In this document: one piece after another, positions 59,203 through 64,000 of the stretch | Layout: every line of letters begins with the position of its first letter | Numbering within the stretch: the first letter of the stretch is position 1 | From: Mitosporidium daphniae | Lineage: Eukaryota | DNA length: 64,000 nt | Direction: 5' to 3' | Assembly (NCBI RefSeq): GCF_000760515.2 | Contig: NW_013546143.1 | Location: 1 to 64,000 of the forward strand | Position numbers and translations under genes: made by a program | The notes under the pieces: model-generated | Databases searched by the model: none | Told to the model about the DNA's origin: nothing | What the model saw: the letters and a program-made list of their open reading frames with translations, nothing else

Positions 59203-62200
59203 TCACTTTGAACAAATCTTGGCTGCTATGCCTTGAATCATGCCGGTGATTTCGCGTTCCTTTTCAAGCAAATTTTGCAACTCGTTTGCCTTTTCCTCAA
59301 AAGTGGCGGCGGTTTTCTCCAATTCCAGCAGCTTTATTTTCTGGTCATCACACTATACATTAGAATTACTTATGCCTACTTCTGCTTGACATATGGACAA
59401 TAACCTCTCTTGATCTTGGTACCCAATTTTCTGAATACCAAGCTCATTTTGGAGATTGGACAATGCATTCTTGCAAAATAGCAGCTATTTGGTCAGATAA
59501 TTATATCACGCGTACCTCTGATTGGTGACTTTCATCCAATGCCTTCAGTTCAACTATGGCTTCCTCTTTCAACAAGACTTTGCGTTCAAGATGTGATATT
59601 TTCACCTTCAAGTCGTCACATTCGGAGGAGATTTGGCCAATTTCAACAGAAAATAAATTTTCGTTGGAAGATTTTTCGCTTAAAAAGGCTTCAAGATGAG
59701 CTTCATGCTGAGACGTTAAAGCACGGTTTTCACAAATGCTTCTTTCAAGCTCCTTTTCTAAATTGGATATAAAGGCGGACTTTTCTTCCAATTTAAGCGT
59801 AAATTCATTAAGAAGATTATTTTTCTCCGCTTCGAATTGATTGATAAGAAATTGCTTTTCAGACACTACCTTTTCCAATTGATTGCCAAGACATTCCTTT
59901 TCAGAGACGATCTTTTCCAGTTCATTGCCAAGACATTCTTTGGCAGAAATAATTTTTTCCAATTCTTCGACAAGATCTCTATTGAGGGATTGTAGCGAAC
60001 AAACTTTTTCCTCTAGCCCTGCCAATTCTACATCAGAAGACCCGATCATGAGTTCTTTTTGTTTAAGCTCGCTTCTTAAATCAGAAATTAGAATCGAATT
60101 TTCTTCCAGAAGATTGGCTGACGCTTCGTTTTGGGCAGATAAATTGCATACCAAACTTTGGTGCTCAATTAGATTTTGTTCCAAAGATACCATATTTACA
60201 GTTTTTTTGTCGAGTTCTGAAGAAAGTTGGTCTATAACGCTCTTGCTATTCCTCAACTGGCCCTTTAGCTGGTCAACAACTTCAATGTAATTGATGCTTT
60301 GAAGTGTATTGTCATCAAGCGAACTCAAATCGATTATCTCGATGTTGTTGAAGATAATTTCTGCAAAGTCAAGCAATTTTGGCTCAAGCATCCCGACATT
60401 GGTTAGCAAAGATTTTGGGCAAAAGTGCTTCAGTACGTGATATTGCTCCAGCAAAAGTAAATTTTCAATTTTCTGGAGGCCAAATTTGAGCGAGGAAAAT
60501 GGCGAATATGCAGCCGGATCTTCAAAAAGCAAGCGGGAATTCTCATCGCTAGACATGGAAAGAAAATACTCTTGTAAAGCTAAATGAAGGGAGCGCAAAA
60601 AGAGATATGAAATAATGAACGAAGAGTAAAAGGAATTGAGGTACTGACAAAATTGGGCCAAAAGTGAACCGTTCAAAGGTCTAGCGGCCAATTCAAGTTG
60701 GGAAGAAATCGATTTAAATTGGAAAAACGCAGTGGAGCACGTTTCGAAGCATATTTTCTTGATAGCATCTGCAATCAATTGAAAAAACGTTTCCAAACAA
60801 GCGGGCTCGATCGAAATGCAAGAAATTGCGGAGAACAACACCTTGAAAGCCTTAGAAAACATACTATCCTCAGCTTGGCAATAAAGAGAAAATGGAGAAT
60901 TCATCCTCAAAAAGCAGCGCTCTTCCAACAAATCACGTCCAAAAGAGAATGGAGTCAAAGGCAGATTATCACGTATGATTTCAACGACCGAATGGAATAC
61001 TGCGGGAAAAATCAACACCACAAATTGACCCTTTGTACTAACAATGCAGTCAAAAAACTCACGAAAGAAGGCCTGATTGCGAAAAATGTGCGAACACTTT
61101 TTTTTGAATTGCAGCAAAAAGGTCTTTTCCTTCATCCTAGTGATGATGGGAGTGATTTGTTGCTCTGGAAACACCACTGACGTTAAACAGACCATTAGCA
61201 TGGAAATGATATAAAAATTGTTATCTTCTGACGCTTCGGTGGCAATTAGCTCATCCAGCAATCGATTCATCAACGGGGATAACTTTTGCAAAATTTCGAA
61301 AAAGACCGGGGAATCTTTTGATGAAAATAACGGCAAAAACGATTTGAAGAAGCTTCGGATATTCTTTTGAATGGCATATTTTTCGGATAATTGATCTTGC
61401 ATTGCAAGCGAATTGAAAAATAAGCAAGTAGAAACCAGCAACAGCTGTTCATATTGACTACTATCTTGGACATCCTTCTCCTACATGATCAAAAATTTAA
61501 GCGAATACCAAAAACAGGGTCGAGTTGGAAAATATGTTGGCTAGAATAACAAGTGCACCGCTATGGGTAGCCAAATCAAAATGCCCCAAAAGCTTCGCAG
61601 TGCACTTTACAAACTTTTCTTTCGACAAGGGGAAAAAACTTTCGGCAAAAAAGCGTTCCTTTTTGTGGGTGATAAAGTACTTTAGCACCGCCAATAAAGA
61701 TCTATAAGATGTTGTTGGCGATTCCGGCATATCTTGTGTTGACAAAGTGTAGCAACTTATGACAAACGGAAGTGACAATGTCAATAATTCCGAAGCGGCT
61801 GACAAAGATTTTGTCTCGATATGGCTATTTTCCAGCGTTACTGAGATAAACTCGAGCGAAAGAAAATAAGACGCAGAATTAGAAACATTTCTTTCAGATA
61901 AAAACGAAATAATGCCGGGACACTCTTGCAATAAGATCGGGAAAGGCTCTATTGAGGCTAAACATATAATGAAGCTAAAATCAACCTAATTTTACCAAAA
62001 CCGATAGAAAGGCCAAATGCTCTTCAGAATTGCAGTTTAATTTGGCATGGCAAGCCACTTTCTCTAAAAGCTTAACAAGATGTTCGGCATTAGATATTCC
62101 CATGCTAGTGATGGGCAACCAAAGCGTCTGGGAAGACCAGACGCAAGAAAGATTTTCGAGTAAATTCTAGTCGAATAAACAGGCAAAACGCGTACCTGTA

Positions 62201-62456
62201 ACAGTGGATTCAAATACTTCAAAGGCTCGAGCAATGAGAAATACCTAAAGTCCGAAAAGAGAGACAAAATTTGAAGCTCAATGTTTGCACTCTGCTTGAT
62301 TTCCTTGGACATGTTGTGAATGTTAATAATCGAGTGGACATACATCGGATTCTCGTGATAGACGTCCATGAACCTCTTCTTCGATGCGTTTGGAGGTATA
62401 AGTGAGATGCAATGAGACAGCTTCAGTAGAAATTGCAATATACCATTTTCCAACAT
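59203..62456 (-). CDS. Helical-repeat head plus long coiled-coil protein, CIP2A-like candidate
   Basis: Multi-exon gene: helical N-half (ALVILANIF; LVSTCLFFNSL.MQDQLSEK..KNIRSFF), heptad-rich C-half and terminal LEKEREITGMIQGIA. Confidence 0.65.
59840..59970 (-). repeat. 42-nt (14-aa) coding tandem repeat x3 in the coiled coil
   Basis: ELEKIISAKECLGN / ELEKIVSEKECLGN / QLEKVVSEKQFLIN. Confidence 0.85.
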
Positions 62457-62546
62457 TAAAATTAAAAATTGGAGCCACATTGGAATGGGTGAAAATTTTA
62501 TTGGATGCAGAGTTAGCGTTTCCAAAGCACGACTAGATTGCAAATT

Positions 62547-63248
62547 TTATTCTGCCATTGTGATTGTTAGTGTTGCCGTAACGGTGGCAGTATATTTATC
62601 GCAATTTGAAGATGTAGGTGTAATTATTTGGTTATCCGTGTTCAATGTCGAAATCCTGTTCATATCGTTTCGGCCAATAGATTTTGTTGGCTTCGCCAAT
62701 ATGGAGCCTATCGACTCCAACGTTAAAGAGGCCGGAAATCTTTCGGCGGATCGAGCATGGGAGCAAAATGAGTCTTCCCCAATCAGACACATTGCTTGCA
62801 TGAATTTGCCTGGTGGACTATAGCAAACCGATCCTTCAGGACATTCGATCAGTCGAATGAATTTATAGCCGCTGCACTCGACAACATGCTTGAAGGCACC
62901 GTTAGTGGGAGGCAGACAAAATAAACCGCCAACCTAAAATTACACGACACGCATTACCCTTTCTTTGCAAAACAAGTCAAAATCAATCGGGGTCTCGCAA
63001 AAATAACAACTGGGAACTTTTCCAATCGAAGAGCAGCTTCTTCCATTTGGGCACGGCTTTAGCGTATTATCGGGGCAGCTGATTATATTTTCAGCATGGC
63101 TTGGATGGCAGTAATATCCCTCCGTCCTTTGAAGACAAAATTCTGGATCGATTTCATTCTTCGGATATGTCGATCTGAGCACAGCGGATTTACTTGCAAG
63201 TGATCCCGAAACTGACAAAGCAATCACAAAAAGAGTATAAAATAGCAT
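62547..63248 (-). CDS. Secreted Cys-rich protein with two putative chitin-binding-like modules and a Thr-rich tail
   Basis: Signal peptide; FCx4GYYC..Cx7CPNGRSC and FCx4GLFC..Cx10CPEGSVC, joined across a 24-nt intron near 62958-62935. Confidence 0.7.
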
Positions 63249-63369
63249 GTACCTGTTTTCAATAGTGTGGAAAAATTGGAATCCAACATCAGATTCAAAT
63301 ATTTAATCACACATTGTTGCCAAAACAGAGATGATATAAATATCCAAAAAATAAACACCAAAATGGTCG

Positions 63370-64000
63370 ATGTTTCTGAAGACCTTCTTTGTGCTATTTA
63401 TATTGCAAGCAATTGATGTATATGGAGAGCTATTAGTGCATAAGACGTTTTATTACCAAAGAAAACTTGACACATCTGTAAACTCCATTACTCGATCCTC
63501 GGATTGGACTAGTGTTGGGCACAGTTACCAACATCACAGCCAAAGAGACAGCATATTTGAGCTTTTGGAGACAACACAAAGTGCCTTAAAACGCTATCTA
63601 ATCTCCGTTGCCGATGAGGAAGTGACGGCCGAAGGCTTTTTATCGGGTCTACAAATGGTAGATCCTCAAATGTCAAACGCTTTAAAAGAATTAATTAGCG
63701 GAGACTTGAAAATTTTAGCCAAATCTGATCCTTTAATTGTTACCAGTTTATTTGATCTTCGCCTATGTAGGCTCAAGCCCTTTTCCAAAGACGCTTTAAA
63801 AGCTTTCATAGTATTTAGAAATGAGCATGTAATCGAGCTCTATGACGGAGACATTCGATATGACACATATCGGGCATTTAGAAAAGACTATCCCGCATGC
63901 TTACAGGCCTTTCCAAAGTCCTATTCAGATCCAAAAGAGCTTGCAAAGCTAACTTTCATGAATATGAATTCTCAAGACTCTTTACATACATTTCAACAAT
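63370..64000 (+). CDS. Orphan secreted protein, truncated by the window end
   Basis: MFLKTFFVLFILQAIDVYG signal-like start. The frame is open for about 210 codons to the end of the window. Confidence 0.75.
   Translation, partial: MFLKTFFVLFILQAIDVYGELLVHKTFYYQRKLDTSVNSITRSSDWTSVGHSYQHHSQRDSIFELLETTQSALKRYLISVADEEVTAEGFLSGLQMVDPQMSNALKELISGDLKILAKSDPLIVTSLFDLRLCRLKPFSKDALKAFIVFRNEHVIELYDGDIRYDTYRAFRKDYPACLQAFPKSYSDPKELAKLTFMNMNSQDSLHTFQQ

Overview
This is eukaryotic nuclear DNA from an extremely compact, fungus-related genome. About 50 protein-coding genes are packed into 64 kb, mostly as head-to-head pairs whose start codons are 17-120 bp apart, and the genes are interrupted by many very short (about 20-40 nt) GT-AG spliceosomal introns. 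The six-frame ORF track therefore shows mainly exon fragments; I reconstructed gene models by hand. The content is mostly housekeeping: NTO1/BRPF, REP, COA6, ATG18, YOP1, TFIIF-alpha, PPCDC, EFM4, CTU2, MPP-beta, SPT16, NLE1, both TFIIA subunits, mitochondrial EF-Tu, TatD, an MFS transporter, SNAP-25/Sec9, Rsc7-like, UBC7, GlnRS, PRP46, TRM11, 1-Cys Prx, CDK1, RBM42, KTI12, ACBP, BZZ1, RPB5, IBA57, LAP, SmF, EB1, HSP10, CutA and an exosome RNase PH subunit. There is also one tRNA-Ser(GCT), several orphan secreted or membrane proteins and a few minisatellites. Microsporidia-like compaction together with respiratory and translating mitochondrion genes suggests a Rozellomycota or short-branch microsporidian such as Mitosporidium; this is inference, not verified. 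The most notable observations are: a 58-nt TatD intron built from two abutting 29-nt mini-introns (a candidate recursive AG|GT splice site); a perfect 23-bp ATG-to-ATG palindrome between two divergent genes; a tRNA gene ending 17 bp upstream of a tRNA methyltransferase; a possible UUG-initiated mitochondrial GlnRS extension; a catalytically dead sphingomyelinase-like domain fused to a multi-TM region; and a cluster of small orphan surface proteins. No CRISPR array, rRNA or recognisable transposon was seen. Coordinates were counted by hand and may be off by a few bases.
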